Below, one piece after another: positions 27,318-37,989 of a DNA stretch of 64,000 bases. Within the stretch, counting starts at the first letter, position 1. Each line of letters begins with the position of its first letter. Source of the stretch: Bacilli bacterium (GTDB taxonomy: Bacteria; Bacillota_I; Bacilli_A; RFN20; CAG-449). The stretch lies in the NCBI GenBank assembly GCA_900755065.1, contig CAAEFC010000022.1, forward strand, positions 17,449-81,448, read 5' to 3'. Below the pieces are notes generated by a model. The model was not told the origin of the DNA. It was given only the letters and a program-made list of their open reading frames with translations, and made no database searches. The position numbers and the translations under genes are program-made.

Positions 27318-27375
27318 AAAGTCCTTAATGTTCTTCAAAAACTTTCATTGTTCCCTACGATAAGGAGGAGGAAGT

Positions 27376-29148
27376 ATGCTCTTCGGAAAACACGTCAACA
27401 AGTACTATCTGAAATATTTCTGGTATTTTTTCTTCGGAATTCTCGCCTTGATCGTCGTGGATTACGTTCAACTTCTCGTCCCGGAAGAAATCGGGAACAT
27501 CGTCGACAACGTTCAGGACGGAGCGATCACTTCCGTTTTCGACTGGAAACTGATGAAGTCGATCCTCACGATCTTTCTCGTCGCCGTCTGCATGTTTGTC
27601 GGCCGTTTCGTCTGGCGGAGATGCATTCTTTCCGAAGCGGTCAAGATTCAGGCCGATATTCGTCAGGAAATGTTCCTGAAAACCGAAATCCTGTCGCAAA
27701 GATACTACAAACAGAACAAAACCGGCGCGATTCTGGCTTATTTCAGCAATGATTTGGAGACGGTCGAAGAAGCGTTCGGGTTCGGCATCGTTCAACTGAT
27801 CGACGGCTTGTTTTTAGGCGTGATGTCGATCGTCAAAATGTTCAGAATCAACCTCTACCTGACGCTGATTGCCTTAATTCCGATGGTGATTCTCTGCGTA
27901 TGCGCCGTCGTGATCGACAAATATATGGAAATGAAATACGAGAAGCGGCAGAAAGCCTTTGAGGACATGTCTGACTTTTCTCAGGAGAATTTCACCGGAA
28001 TCCGCGTCATCAAGGCATTCGTCAAGGAAACGAAGGAAATCCGGCAATTCGCGAAAGAAAACAAGAAGAACAAGGATGCCAATATCGCTTTCGTCCGTTT
28101 CGACGCGATTCTGAACGTGCTGATCGATCTGTTGATTTACAGCGTCATCATCATCATTTTCTGTCTGGGCGGCTACTTCATCTATCAGACGTCCATCGGA
28201 AACGAAACCGGATTCTCCTCCGGCGACATCATTCGCTTCGTCGGCTATTTCGACGCGATCATCTGGCCGGTGTTCGCCATCGCCCAGATCATCAACCTGA
28301 CGGCCCGAAGCCGCACATCTTTGAGAAGAATTTCCTCTCTTCTGGACGAAAAGGTGGAAATCACCGACGACGGTCAGGTCGTGATCCCCGAAGAAATCAA
28401 AGGCTCCGTCACGTTCAAAAACTTTTCGTTCGCCTATCCCGACGATCCCGACGTCAAGGTTCTCGACGGCATCGATTTCACGATTCAGGCCGGCGAGACG
28501 GTCGGCATCATCGGAAAGATCGGATGCGGCAAATCGACGCTGGTCAATATGCTTTTCCGCCTGTACAACGTCGAGGAAAACACCTTGTTCATCGATTCCT
28601 ACGACATCATGAAACTCCCCGTCAAAGTCGTCAGAGACTGCATCGGATACGCGCCGCAGGACAATTTCCTCTTTTCGGATACGATCAAAAAGAACATCAC
28701 GTTCGCCGACGAAACGCTTCCCGACAGCGCGATCGCCGAAGCCGCAGAATTTTCCGATGTACGAAACAACATCGAGAATTTCAGCGAAGGCTACGAAACG
28801 ATGATCGGCGAACGGGGCGTCACCCTTTCCGGCGGGCAGAAACAACGGATTTCCATTTCCCGCGCGGTCATCAAGAATCCGAAGATCCTGGTACTCGACG
28901 ATTCGGTCTCGGCCGTCGACATCAAAACCGAAGAAACCATTCTGAACAATATCCGGAAACTCCGAAAAGGCAAGACGACGATTCTGATCGCTTCCCGGGT
29001 TTCCACGGTGGAAAAACTCGATAAAGTGCTGGTTCTGAAAGAAGGAAGAGTCGAATATTTCGGCACCAACGACGAATGTCTGATCCATTCCCCGACCTAT
29101 CGGAAAATGGTCGAATTGCAGACGCTCGAAAAGGAATTGGAGGGATAA
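27376..29148 (+). CDS. ABC exporter permease/ATPase, half-transporter with degenerate catalytic residues
   Basis: Six-TM domain plus NBD. Walker A is GKIGCGKST and the signature LSGGQ is canonical. Walker B reads ILVLDD-S (Asp in place of the catalytic Glu), and the H-loop reads IASRVS (Ser in place of His). Confidence 0.88.
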   Translation: MLFGKHVNKYYLKYFWYFFFGILALIVVDYVQLLVPEEIGNIVDNVQDGAITSVFDWKLMKSILTIFLVAVCMFVGRFVWRRCILSEAVKIQADIRQEMFLKTEILSQRYYKQNKTGAILAYFSNDLETVEEAFGFGIVQLIDGLFLGVMSIVKMFRINLYLTLIALIPMVILCVCAVVIDKYMEMKYEKRQKAFEDMSDFSQENFTGIRVIKAFVKETKEIRQFAKENKKNKDANIAFVRFDAILNVLIDLLIYSVIIIIFCLGGYFIYQTSIGNETGFSSGDIIRFVGYFDAIIWPVFAIAQIINLTARSRTSLRRISSLLDEKVEITDDGQVVIPEEIKGSVTFKNFSFAYPDDPDVKVLDGIDFTIQAGETVGIIGKIGCGKSTLVNMLFRLYNVEENTLFIDSYDIMKLPVKVVRDCIGYAPQDNFLFSDTIKKNITFADETLPDSAIAEAAEFSDVRNNIENFSEGYETMIGERGVTLSGGQKQRISISRAVIKNPKILVLDDSVSAVDIKTEETILNNIRKLRKGKTTILIASRVSTVEKLDKVLVLKEGRVEYFGTNDECLIHSPTYRKMVELQTLEKELEG

Positions 29149-29150
29149 AC

Positions 29151-30989
29151 GTGGAAGAAAATCTCTATGAAAATTCCGATCGGAAAATGTCCGACCGCGA
29201 ATTGATCCGAAAAACCTGGAAATATATTCGTCCCTACCGCAGTCGGTTGCTGGTGGCGATGGTTTTCATGCTCCTTCTGGTCGTTTTCGATCTGATCACG
29301 CCGATCATCACTTCGGACATTCTCAAAGAACTGACGATTCAGTACGACGAATTCGAGCAGATGATTCCGATCGATATCGTGAAAGTTTTCGTCCTTTCCG
29401 GCGTTTACTTCGTCACGATCGTCAGCAACAGCATCTGCATCTACATCAACACGATGCTCTTGCAAAAAGTCGGTCAAAGCGTGATTTACGACCTGAGAAT
29501 GGTCGTCTTCGAACACATCGATAGCCTGTCTCTGAGCCAGTTGAACGAAATTCCGGTCGGAAGTCTGGTGACGAGACTGACCAGCGACACCAACGCGATG
29601 TGCGATCTGTTCACCAACACGATCGTCAACCTCTTAAAAAACTTTCTTTTCCTGTTCGGCGTTGTGATCGCGATGTTTTGCATCGACTACCGATTGGCTC
29701 TTGTCATCAGCATCTACATTCCGATCATCTTCACCGCGACCTTCGTTTTCCGGAAATACACGCGGAAGAATTACCGGCGAGTGCGGAAAAGTTTCTCGAT
29801 CATGAATGCCTTTCTCAACGAAAACATTTCGGGCATGAAGATTACGCAGATTTTCAATCAGGAAGAACGGAAATCGAAGGAATTCGATCATCTGAATCAG
29901 AACATCATTCAGTCGAGAGTCAAAGACATCCGGATCTTTTCGATCTACCGTCCTCTGATCTCCTTTCTCTATTTTTCCGCGATCGGCGTCACGTTTCTCT
30001 TCGGCACGCATCTGGTCCTTTCCGGTGCGATTCTGATCAACGAAGTCTACGCATTCTACCTTTACGTTTCCAAACTCTTCAATCCGGTTCAGCAGATCGC
30101 CGATCAGTTCAACGCTTTGCAAAGAGCCTTCACTTCCAGCGAAAGGCTGTACAACCTGCTGGAAACCGAGCCGGACGTGCTGGATCGGCCGGACGCGAAA
30201 GAAATCACCCATTTTGAGGGAAAAATCGAATTCAGAAACGTCTGGTTTGCCTATAAGGAAAACGAATGGATTCTGAAAGACGTCTCGTTCGTGATCGAAC
30301 CGAAACAGGTCGTCGCGTTCGTCGGGGCAACCGGCGCGGGCAAGACGACGATTCTTCAACTGATCGTACGGAACTACGAGGTGCAGAAAGGCGAAATCCT
30401 GATCGACGGAATCAACGTCAACGACATCAAAGTCACGTCTTTACGAAAAAACATCGGTCAGATGCTTCAAGACGTCTTCCTCTTTTCCGGAACGATCAAG
30501 AGCAATATCGCGCTGAGAGACGAAGACATTCCGACGGAAGATATCGTCGAAGCCTGCCGTTACGTCAACGCCGATCAATTCATCGATAAACTGGAAAAAG
30601 GGCTCGACGAACCGGTTCAGGAACGGGGAGAAAACTTTTCTTCCGGTCAGAGGCAGTTGCTTTCTTTCGCCAGAACTGTCGTTCACAAGCCGCAGATTCT
30701 GATTCTCGACGAAGCGACCGCGAACATCGACACCGAAACCGAACAGATCATCCAGAATTCGCTGTTGAAGATGATGAATATCGGCACGATGCTCATCGTC
30801 GCCCACCGACTTTCGACCATTCAGCATTCCGACAACATCATCTGTTTGCAGAACGGTCGGATCATCGAGCAGGGAAATCATCAGGAATTACTGAAAAAAC
30901 ACGGTTATTATTACAATCTCTACCGTCTTCAATTTGAAGATCAGGATGAAAACGCGCTTCCTCTGAAAGCCGAAAGCCAGGGGGCTTAA
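29151..30989 (+). CDS. ABC exporter permease/ATPase, partner half-transporter
   Basis: GTG start 2 nt after the upstream stop, with SD GGAGGG. Walker A is GATGAGKTT, the signature is degenerate (FSSGQ), and ILILDEAT and VAHRLST are canonical. Confidence 0.85.
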   Translation: MEENLYENSDRKMSDRELIRKTWKYIRPYRSRLLVAMVFMLLLVVFDLITPIITSDILKELTIQYDEFEQMIPIDIVKVFVLSGVYFVTIVSNSICIYINTMLLQKVGQSVIYDLRMVVFEHIDSLSLSQLNEIPVGSLVTRLTSDTNAMCDLFTNTIVNLLKNFLFLFGVVIAMFCIDYRLALVISIYIPIIFTATFVFRKYTRKNYRRVRKSFSIMNAFLNENISGMKITQIFNQEERKSKEFDHLNQNIIQSRVKDIRIFSIYRPLISFLYFSAIGVTFLFGTHLVLSGAILINEVYAFYLYVSKLFNPVQQIADQFNALQRAFTSSERLYNLLETEPDVLDRPDAKEITHFEGKIEFRNVWFAYKENEWILKDVSFVIEPKQVVAFVGATGAGKTTILQLIVRNYEVQKGEILIDGINVNDIKVTSLRKNIGQMLQDVFLFSGTIKSNIALRDEDIPTEDIVEACRYVNADQFIDKLEKGLDEPVQERGENFSSGQRQLLSFARTVVHKPQILILDEATANIDTETEQIIQNSLLKMMNIGTMLIVAHRLSTIQHSDNIICLQNGRIIEQGNHQELLKKHGYYYNLYRLQFEDQDENALPLKAESQGA

Positions 30990-31756
30990 TCGAGATCGAC
31001 GTTCAGTTCGACGGGGCAATGGTCGCTCCCGGCGATCTGATCGTGGATCAGGGATGAGATCAGCCGGTCTTTCAGCGATTCACTGACGATAAAATAGTCG
31101 ATCCGCCAACCGGCGTTGGTTTCCCTGGCGCGAAAGCGGTAACTCCACCACGAATACTGGACCTTATCCGGATGCAGAAAACGGAACGTATCGAGATATC
31201 CCTCCGACAGCAATGCCGTCATCGCGTTTCTCTCCTGAATCGTGAATCCGGCGTTATGGACATTCGCTTTCGGGTTTTTTAAGTCGATTTCCCGATGCGC
31301 GACGTTGAGATCGCCGGCATAAATCACCGGCTTTACGGCGTTGAGACCGTTTAAATACGCGACGATGTCTTCTTCAAATTGCAGGCGGAAATTCAGTCGT
31401 TTCAGCCCTTCGCCCGAATTCGGAACGTAACAGGCCACGTAGTAAAAGCATTCGAATTCCAGCGTGATCACCCTTCCTTCGTCGTCATACTTTCCTTCCG
31501 AAAGGCCGTAATGAACCGACAAAGGCTCCTTTTTCGTAAAGACGGCGACGCCCGAATAACCGTTTCTGACTTTGGAATTCGTCCAGAAAACGTGATATCC
31601 CTCCGGCAGGTAAGGGAAATATTCTTTAAATCCCTTTTCGTTGAGTTTGGTTTCGTTCAGCGAAAAGATGTCCGCGTCGAACTCGCGGAAAACCCGGTCG
31701 AAGTCCTTGTTCAGAATCGCTCGGAATCCGTTGACGTTATATGAAATGCATTTCAT
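30986..31756 (-). CDS. exoA: exodeoxyribonuclease III
   Basis: MKCISYNVNGFRA ... SDHCPV; EEP-family AP endonuclease of 256 aa. Confidence 0.9.
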   Translation of the reverse strand: MKCISYNVNGFRAILNKDFDRVFREFDADIFSLNETKLNEKGFKEYFPYLPEGYHVFWTNSKVRNGYSGVAVFTKKEPLSVHYGLSEGKYDDEGRVITLEFECFYYVACYVPNSGEGLKRLNFRLQFEEDIVAYLNGLNAVKPVIYAGDLNVAHREIDLKNPKANVHNAGFTIQERNAMTALLSEGYLDTFRFLHPDKVQYSWWSYRFRARETNAGWRIDYFIVSESLKDRLISSLIHDQIAGSDHCPVELNVDLD

Positions 31757-31786
31757 CGATATCCCTCTTTTCCAAATGGCGCGAAA

Positions 31787-33592
31787 TCAATCGAACTGTG
31801 CCTGATAAAGGCGGAAGTAAACGCCTCTCTTCTCCATCAGAGACCGATGATTTCCCTTTTCGACGATTTTTCCCCGATCCATGACCAGTATGGTATCCGC
31901 ATGGCGGATCGTCGACAGCCGATGCGCGATGATGAAGCAGGTCTTCCCTTTCATCAACGACTTCATCGCTTCCTGAATGTAAATCTCCGTGCGCGTATCG
32001 ACGTTGCTGGTCGCCTCATCGAGAATCAGCATCTTCGCGTCGGACAGCATCGCGCGGGCAATCGTCAGCAATTGCTTCTGCCCTTTGGAAATGTGGGTTC
32101 CTCCTTCGCTCAGCATGGTCTGATATCCGTCTTTTAACGAAAGGATAAAATCGTGAATGTGGCTGGCCTTGCAGGCCTCGACCACTTCTTCAAAGGTTTT
32201 GCCTTCGTTTCCGTAAATCAGATTCTCGTACACGCTGGCTTCAAACAGCCAGGTATCCTGCAAGACCATCGCGAACGCTTTTCTCAGTTGTCTCCGCTCG
32301 ATTTCGGAAATGTCGTTCCCGTCGATATAAATCGCGCCGTCCGATACCGGATAAAAGCGCATCAGCAACTGGACGATCGTAGTTTTCCCTGCGCCGGTCT
32401 TCCCGACGAGAGCGACCTGTTCGCCTGCGGATACTTTCAGATTCAGGTCGTCGATGACCTTGATTCCCTCCGAATAGCCGAAAGAGACGTGATCGAATTT
32501 CACTTCTCCATTTCCTTCTTCCAACGGCAGAGAACCGCTTTCGTCTTCTTCGGGGCAATCGATCAGGGCGAACACTCTTTCCGCCGCGGACAGAGCCGAT
32601 TGCAGATCGGTGAAGATATTCGCCGTTTCGTTGATCGGTCCGGAAAACTTTCGCGAATACTGCACGAATTTGGCGATCGACCCGTAACTGAATCCGCGGT
32701 AAACGTTGAGCAAAGCGCCGGCGATGCAGACGAGCGAAAGCGAAAGATTGTTGAAGAAGTTGACTCCCGGACCCATGTAACAACCGTAATACTCGGCCTG
32801 ATAATAGGCTTCCGTCGCCTCCGAGTTCATCGCTCTGTACCGCTCTGAGACCGTCTTTTCTCCGGAATACAGCCTGATCGTCTTGATACCGCTGATCATC
32901 TCTTCGCCGAACCCGTTGAGTTCGCCCATTTTCTTGCTTCTCTTGGAGTACAGCGCGCGCGTTTTTCGGATCAGTTTCTTCGTCATGAGGAACGAAAGAG
33001 GAATCGTAACGACGAAAATCAGAACCAGAATCGGCTGAATAATCAGCATCATGACAAGCGAGAACACGATCGTGAAGAAACTGGAAAGAATGTTGATGAT
33101 GTCGCTGGTCAAAGAAGTGTTCACCGTGTCGATATCGTAGGAAATTACCGACAGGATATCTCCGGTAGACCGATCGTCAAAATAGGAAACCCGCGCCCTG
33201 ATCAGGCTTTGAAAAGCGTCTTCCCGCATCCGGCAGACGATTTTCTTCGATATTTTCAGCATCATCCACGCCGAAAGGTACTGTAAAAACGAACTGACGA
33301 CGAAAATCAGAATCATCAGCGCGGCGATGCGGGCGATCGAAGCGACGTCGACGGAAGTCATGTGCAGTTCACTGTCGGCGATGATGTCGATCGCTTCGCC
33401 CGAAAGGTAAGGTCCGAGCAACTCCAACCCGCTGGTCAGAACGACCAGAAAAATCGTCAACGCAATCTGTCCGCGATAGGGTTTCAGATAACGAAGCAAT
33501 CTCCGCAGGGTCTTTTTCCGGTTTTTCGCCCGGGCTATTCCGTGCGCGTTGTACCGATTGACGCCTCCTCCGAACGGATTATTCATCGGCAT
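31787..33592 (-). CDS. ABC exporter permease/ATPase (canonical catalytic residues, degenerate signature)
   Basis: GKTGAGKTT, degenerate signature ISKGQ, MLILDEAT, IAHRLST. Confidence 0.88.
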   Translation of the reverse strand: MPMNNPFGGGVNRYNAHGIARAKNRKKTLRRLLRYLKPYRGQIALTIFLVVLTSGLELLGPYLSGEAIDIIADSELHMTSVDVASIARIAALMILIFVVSSFLQYLSAWMMLKISKKIVCRMREDAFQSLIRARVSYFDDRSTGDILSVISYDIDTVNTSLTSDIINILSSFFTIVFSLVMMLIIQPILVLIFVVTIPLSFLMTKKLIRKTRALYSKRSKKMGELNGFGEEMISGIKTIRLYSGEKTVSERYRAMNSEATEAYYQAEYYGCYMGPGVNFFNNLSLSLVCIAGALLNVYRGFSYGSIAKFVQYSRKFSGPINETANIFTDLQSALSAAERVFALIDCPEEDESGSLPLEEGNGEVKFDHVSFGYSEGIKVIDDLNLKVSAGEQVALVGKTGAGKTTIVQLLMRFYPVSDGAIYIDGNDISEIERRQLRKAFAMVLQDTWLFEASVYENLIYGNEGKTFEEVVEACKASHIHDFILSLKDGYQTMLSEGGTHISKGQKQLLTIARAMLSDAKMLILDEATSNVDTRTEIYIQEAMKSLMKGKTCFIIAHRLSTIRHADTILVMDRGKIVEKGNHRSLMEKRGVYFRLYQAQFD

Positions 33593-35300
33593 CGCCTCCC
33601 ATCTGCGAGGAATAGATTTCCCTGTACAGCGGCGACGTCTCCATCAGGTCTTCGTTACTTCCCTGCGCGACGATCTTTCCGCGATCGACGATCAGGACCG
33701 AATCGCACCCGGCGAGCGAACTGATCCGCTGACTGACGATGATCTGAGTCGAATCCGCGTAGTTTTCCCTCAGCACCTTTCTCAGTTTCGCATCGGTTTT
33801 ATAGTCGAGCGCGCTGGTAGCGTCGTCGAGAACGATCAACGGCGGATGCCCGATCAGGGCGCGGGCGATCAGAATCCGTTGCTTCTGACCGCCGGAGAGA
33901 TTGTTCCCCTTCGCGTCCAGAACCGTATCGATTCCTTCGGGAAGGTCGAAAACGAAATCCGCCTGCGCGTCGTAAAGCGCCTGTATAACCTCTTTTTCGC
34001 CGAAATCGCGATAAAAGAGAATGTTTTCGCGGACGGACATGTTGAACAGAAGGTCGTTTTGAAAAACCGCGCCGGTCATCTTTGAAATCGCTTCTTGTTC
34101 ATAAGCGCCCACCTCGCGGTAATTCAGAAAAATTTTTCCCCGATCCGGCGAATAAAAGCGGAAGAGCAGATTCAGAATCGTGGTTTTGCCGCTTCCGGTA
34201 GAACCGAGAATTCCCATCGTTTCTCCTTTTTCCAACGTAAAGTCGATCGCCGACAGATTCCTTTCCTTTTTATTATACGAAAAATCGACCGAATCGAATT
34301 CGATGAAATGCACCGACACCTCCCGGCTCGACTCGTCTTTCCGTTCCGGAAGAAAGAAAACCGCCCGGATTCTTTCGCCGCTGGCTTTGGCTCTGGAATA
34401 CGTCAAAAAGATTCTGACCAGAGAAAGCATCGAATTCAAAATGATCGTAAAATACGAAATGAAGGCGATGATTTCTCCGGACGAAGCGTAATCGGCATTG
34501 AGGTTATACAGCCAGGCTCCGCACAGAATGATCAGGGTGAGACAGGCGTTCATGATCAGATTGACGGACGGATTCATGATGTTCATCACTTTTCCGGACT
34601 TCATTTCCAATGCGACGACCTGCCGGTTGATCTGATCGAACCGTTTCTGTTCGTCCGCTTCTTTGGAAAGCGATTTGATGACCTTGATTCCCGAGATGTC
34701 TTCCCGAATGACCCGAACCAGATCGTCCAGCGTCCGCTGAACCTGAGAAAACAAAGGAATTCCGAACTTGCCGATCAGACCGATCAAAACCACGATAAAG
34801 GGAATCGCGGCCAAAAGGATCAAGGTCAGACGAACGTTGAGAATCAGGCTGGCGACGATGCCGCCGATAAAGAGAACCGGCGCGCGGAGTCCGAGACGAA
34901 GCATGATGACGTAAAACTGATTTTCGTTGTAGGTATCCGTAGAAATTCTGGAAATCAGCGAAGGCATTCCGATATCGTCGATCTGTTTCAGAGAAAGTTT
35001 TTCCGCCTTTTCAAAGAGGTCGTTCCGAAGCCGTTCGGCGGCGTGGCAGCCGATGTCGGAAGCGATCTGATTGGCCTTAAAAGAAAGGACGAAAGCCAGA
35101 CCGCTGCAAACGATCATCAGAAGGCCGTAGACGAAAATCCGTCCCAGATTTCCCCGATCGATGCCGGGAAGCACGTCGTCCAGAATAAACGAGAGCAGAA
35201 ACGGAATGATTAAGTCCATCACGGTGCCGATGACTTTCACGACGATCACCAGAACCAGTTTCGCCTTGTAGAACCGATAATACTTTAAAATCCCTTTCAT
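33579..35300 (-). CDS. ABC exporter permease/ATPase (degenerate catalytic residues)
   Basis: GSTGSGKTT, canonical LSGGQ, LIVLDD-A (catalytic Glu replaced by Asp), and H-loop VSQRIS (His replaced by Gln). Its stop overlaps the downstream partner start by 14 nt. Confidence 0.88.
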   Translation of the reverse strand: MKGILKYYRFYKAKLVLVIVVKVIGTVMDLIIPFLLSFILDDVLPGIDRGNLGRIFVYGLLMIVCSGLAFVLSFKANQIASDIGCHAAERLRNDLFEKAEKLSLKQIDDIGMPSLISRISTDTYNENQFYVIMLRLGLRAPVLFIGGIVASLILNVRLTLILLAAIPFIVVLIGLIGKFGIPLFSQVQRTLDDLVRVIREDISGIKVIKSLSKEADEQKRFDQINRQVVALEMKSGKVMNIMNPSVNLIMNACLTLIILCGAWLYNLNADYASSGEIIAFISYFTIILNSMLSLVRIFLTYSRAKASGERIRAVFFLPERKDESSREVSVHFIEFDSVDFSYNKKERNLSAIDFTLEKGETMGILGSTGSGKTTILNLLFRFYSPDRGKIFLNYREVGAYEQEAISKMTGAVFQNDLLFNMSVRENILFYRDFGEKEVIQALYDAQADFVFDLPEGIDTVLDAKGNNLSGGQKQRILIARALIGHPPLIVLDDATSALDYKTDAKLRKVLRENYADSTQIIVSQRISSLAGCDSVLIVDRGKIVAQGSNEDLMETSPLYREIYSSQMGGDADE

Positions 35301-35320
35301 CCGTCTCCTCTTTTACGTTC

Positions 35321-35779
35321 CTATCCGATTTTTACGACCGCGGCCCGTTGAAATTCCGTTTCGTTCAGCGCGTCGTAAAACGACTTTGCCTCTTCGTTTT
35401 CCGCGGTCAAGGCGATCAAGCGGCCGACGTTTCGGCGTTTTAGTTCCGCTTTCAGCGCTTCGATCAGTTTTTGTCCCACGCCGCGGTGCCGCTCGTTCTT
35501 CAAAACAGAGATCCAGTCCAGATACGCGTCGTTCACGCTTCCGTCGAATCGGCTGTAAATCAAAGAAGCGTCGATTCTTCCGATAACCTTTTCCCCTTCA
35601 TATGCCAGAAAAGAAACCGAAGATTTTTCAAAAGAAACGTCGTCGAAACTCTTTTTCATGTTCCCGGCATACGCGTCGTCGATCGGCCAGAAATACGTGT
35701 CCGGTTCCTGTCTTCTCAATTCGTTTTCAAAAGCAATCACTTCGTCGAGTTGATCTGCCGTAAACGGAATAATTTTCAT
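35321..35779 (-). CDS. GNAT-family N-acetyltransferase
   Basis: Acetyl-CoA motif RHRGVGQKLIEAL. The start is M18 of the track ORF, with SD AGAGGG. Confidence 0.8.
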   Translation of the reverse strand: MKIIPFTADQLDEVIAFENELRRQEPDTYFWPIDDAYAGNMKKSFDDVSFEKSSVSFLAYEGEKVIGRIDASLIYSRFDGSVNDAYLDWISVLKNERHRGVGQKLIEALKAELKRRNVGRLIALTAENEEAKSFYDALNETEFQRAAVVKIG

Positions 35780-35869
35780 TTTCTGCCCTCTTTCACCCAA
35801 AAATTTTTGTTTTCCCGGTTTCCTTTTCAAACGGAAAAGAAGTCGGGCGCTCTTCCCGGATATAGGTTC

Positions 35870-36874
35870 TTATTGCCGGCGCAATTCTTCCTGATGAGCG
35901 ATGACCTGAGCGTAGAGCCGGTCGTAGACTTCCGGATTTTCGTTTAAAAACTTCACCGTATTGTCTTTCCCCTGCCCGACCTTTTCGCCGAGAACCTCAA
36001 ACCACGATCCCGCTTTTCTGGCTAAACCGTATTCCAGCGCCAGATCGAGGATTTCCGCCGTTTTGGAAAATCCCTTTCCGTAGATCAGATCGACTTTGCA
36101 GTTTCTGAACGGAGGGGCGACCTTGTTCTTGACGATCTTGATGTTGACCTGATTTCCGATGATCTTGTCGCCTTCCTTGATCGCTTCTCCTTTCCGGATG
36201 TCGATGCGGACGGAAGCATAGAATTTCAGCGCGCGACCGCCGGTCGTTACTTCCGGGTTGCCGTACATGACGCCGACTTTTTCTCTCAACTGATTGATGA
36301 AAATGACGGTGCAGTTCGATTTATTCAGCACGCCCGCCAGTTTACGCATCGCCTTGGACATCAGTCGCGCGTGCGCGCCGACGGAATTATCGCTCATTTC
36401 CCCTTCCAGTTCGGCCTGCGGCACCAGAGCCGCGACCGAGTCGACGACGATGATGTCGATCGCCTCGCTTTTGGCCAGCAACTGAACGATTTCCAGCGCC
36501 TGTTCGCCGCTGTCGGGCTGAGAAAGAATCAACTCGTCGGTATCGACGCCGAGTTGCTGCGCATACGTCGGATCGATCGCGTGTTCCGCGTCGACGAACG
36601 CCGCGCGCCCTCCTGCTTTCTGACACTCGCTGACGGCGAGCAGAGCCAAAGTGGTCTTTCCGCTGGATTCCGGCCCGTAGATCTCGATGATCCGTCCTTT
36701 CGGATAACCCCCGATTCCTAACGCGTTGTCGACCAGCACAGACCCGGAATGGATCGTATCGACGCTGAGCGCCGGCCGGTCGCCCAATTTCATCACCGAA
36801 CCTTTTCCGAACAGTTTCTCGATGTCTTTCAGCGCCGCCTCCAATTTATCTTCTTTTGATTTTTCACTGACCAT
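35870..36874 (-). CDS. recA: recombinase A
   Basis: [22 protein letters not shown], Walker [10 protein letters not shown], and the FINQLREK loop. The start is M11 of the track ORF, with SD AGGAGGAGG. Confidence 0.95.
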   Translation of the reverse strand: MVSEKSKEDKLEAALKDIEKLFGKGSVMKLGDRPALSVDTIHSGSVLVDNALGIGGYPKGRIIEIYGPESSGKTTLALLAVSECQKAGGRAAFVDAEHAIDPTYAQQLGVDTDELILSQPDSGEQALEIVQLLAKSEAIDIIVVDSVAALVPQAELEGEMSDNSVGAHARLMSKAMRKLAGVLNKSNCTVIFINQLREKVGVMYGNPEVTTGGRALKFYASVRIDIRKGEAIKEGDKIIGNQVNIKIVKNKVAPPFRNCKVDLIYGKGFSKTAEILDLALEYGLARKAGSWFEVLGEKVGQGKDNTVKFLNENPEVYDRLYAQVIAHQEELRRQ

Positions 36875-36893
36875 AATTCCTCCTCCTATCCCT

Positions 36894-37385
36894 TCATTCG
36901 TCATTTCCGGACGCTTTTCCTAAAATTTCTTCGATGAAGAGCAAGCCCGCGTCCACGCATTGCTCTCTGATCGCATTTCTCTCGCCTTCAAAGCAAAACT
37001 TTTTCGTTTCCGTCCGTCCTCGGAGACAGATTCCGATGTAGACCAAACCCACCGGTTTCCCTTCCATCGCCGCCGGTCCCGCGTTTCCGGTAAACGAAAC
37101 GCACAGATCCGCGTCCAGAAGTTCTGCGCCCCGACGAGCCATTTCTTCGGCGACTTCTTCCGACACGACACCGTAACGGCTGATCGTTTCAGGCGAAATC
37201 TTCAAGAGATTCTCTTTCACCGAAGTGGCGTACGAGCAGATCGCTCCCTTGAAGCAGGCGGACACGCCCGGACAGGACGCGACCGTCGAAGCGAACAGGC
37301 CTCCGGTCAGCGATTCGCACGAAGCCAGCGTGATCCCGCGCGCTTTCAGATCCCCGACGATCTCATTCAGCCTTCTCCGATTCAT
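36894..37385 (-). CDS. pncC: CinA C-terminal domain protein / nicotinamide-nucleotide amidohydrolase
   Basis: [14 protein letters not shown]....PGVS..F.G....Y....K..LL motif. pgsA-cinA-recA synteny. The start is taken at M13 of the track ORF. Confidence 0.8.
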   Translation of the reverse strand: MNRRRLNEIVGDLKARGITLASCESLTGGLFASTVASCPGVSACFKGAICSYATSVKENLLKISPETISRYGVVSEEVAEEMARRGAELLDADLCVSFTGNAGPAAMEGKPVGLVYIGICLRGRTETKKFCFEGERNAIREQCVDAGLLFIEEILGKASGNDE

Positions 37386-37974
37386 CCTTGAACACTTCCC
37401 GATTCTGATAGGTGTAAACAATCATCGACAGCAGGGAAAACGCCCCCGCCAGATAGCAGAGAAGAACGGACACGTTGACGCTTCCGTCGAAATAGGAAAA
37501 CGGCCAGTCATTGAGCAGGACGAAAGCGATAGCGATCATCTGCGCCACCGTTTTGAGTTTTCCCCAGATATTCGCCGCGACGATCCGGTTTTTCGACGCC
37601 GCGATCAGTTTCACCGCGTCCACTACGAGATCGCGCGCGATCATCACGACGGCGACGATCAGAGGGACTTTCGTATCCAGACGGCTGCAAGTGAGAATGA
37701 TGAGCAGCGAATCGATCAGCAGTTTGTCGGCGATCGGATCCATGAATTTGCCATACGTCGTTACCAGATGGTATTTCCGGGCGATATAGCCGTCGAGAAA
37801 GTCGCTGAACGAAGCCACGACGAAGATGACGAAGGCGATCAGGTATTCCAGACGGACGCCGCCGAACAGCACCGGCATGGCGACGTGGCAACTTTCCCAG
37901 GGAAAAAGTAAAAGAAAGATGATGACGATCACGCATCCCATGCGGAAAGTCGTGATCTTGTTCGGAAGATTCAT
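37363..37974 (-). CDS. pgsA: CDP-diacylglycerol--glycerol-3-phosphate 3-phosphatidyltransferase
   Basis: MNLPNKITTFR plus the CDP-alcohol phosphatidyltransferase motif DFLDGYIARK....G.FMDPIADK. Confidence 0.9.
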   Translation of the reverse strand: MNLPNKITTFRMGCVIVIIFLLLFPWESCHVAMPVLFGGVRLEYLIAFVIFVVASFSDFLDGYIARKYHLVTTYGKFMDPIADKLLIDSLLIILTCSRLDTKVPLIVAVVMIARDLVVDAVKLIAASKNRIVAANIWGKLKTVAQMIAIAFVLLNDWPFSYFDGSVNVSVLLCYLAGAFSLLSMIVYTYQNREVFKDESEKAE

Positions 37975-37989
37975 TTCAGATTCCTTTCT

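Noticed and set aside
27123-27338. 71-aa minus-strand ORF in the pduL/ABC intergenic region.
   Set aside because: No SD, unremarkable composition, and it spans both candidate promoters. It is most likely noncoding.
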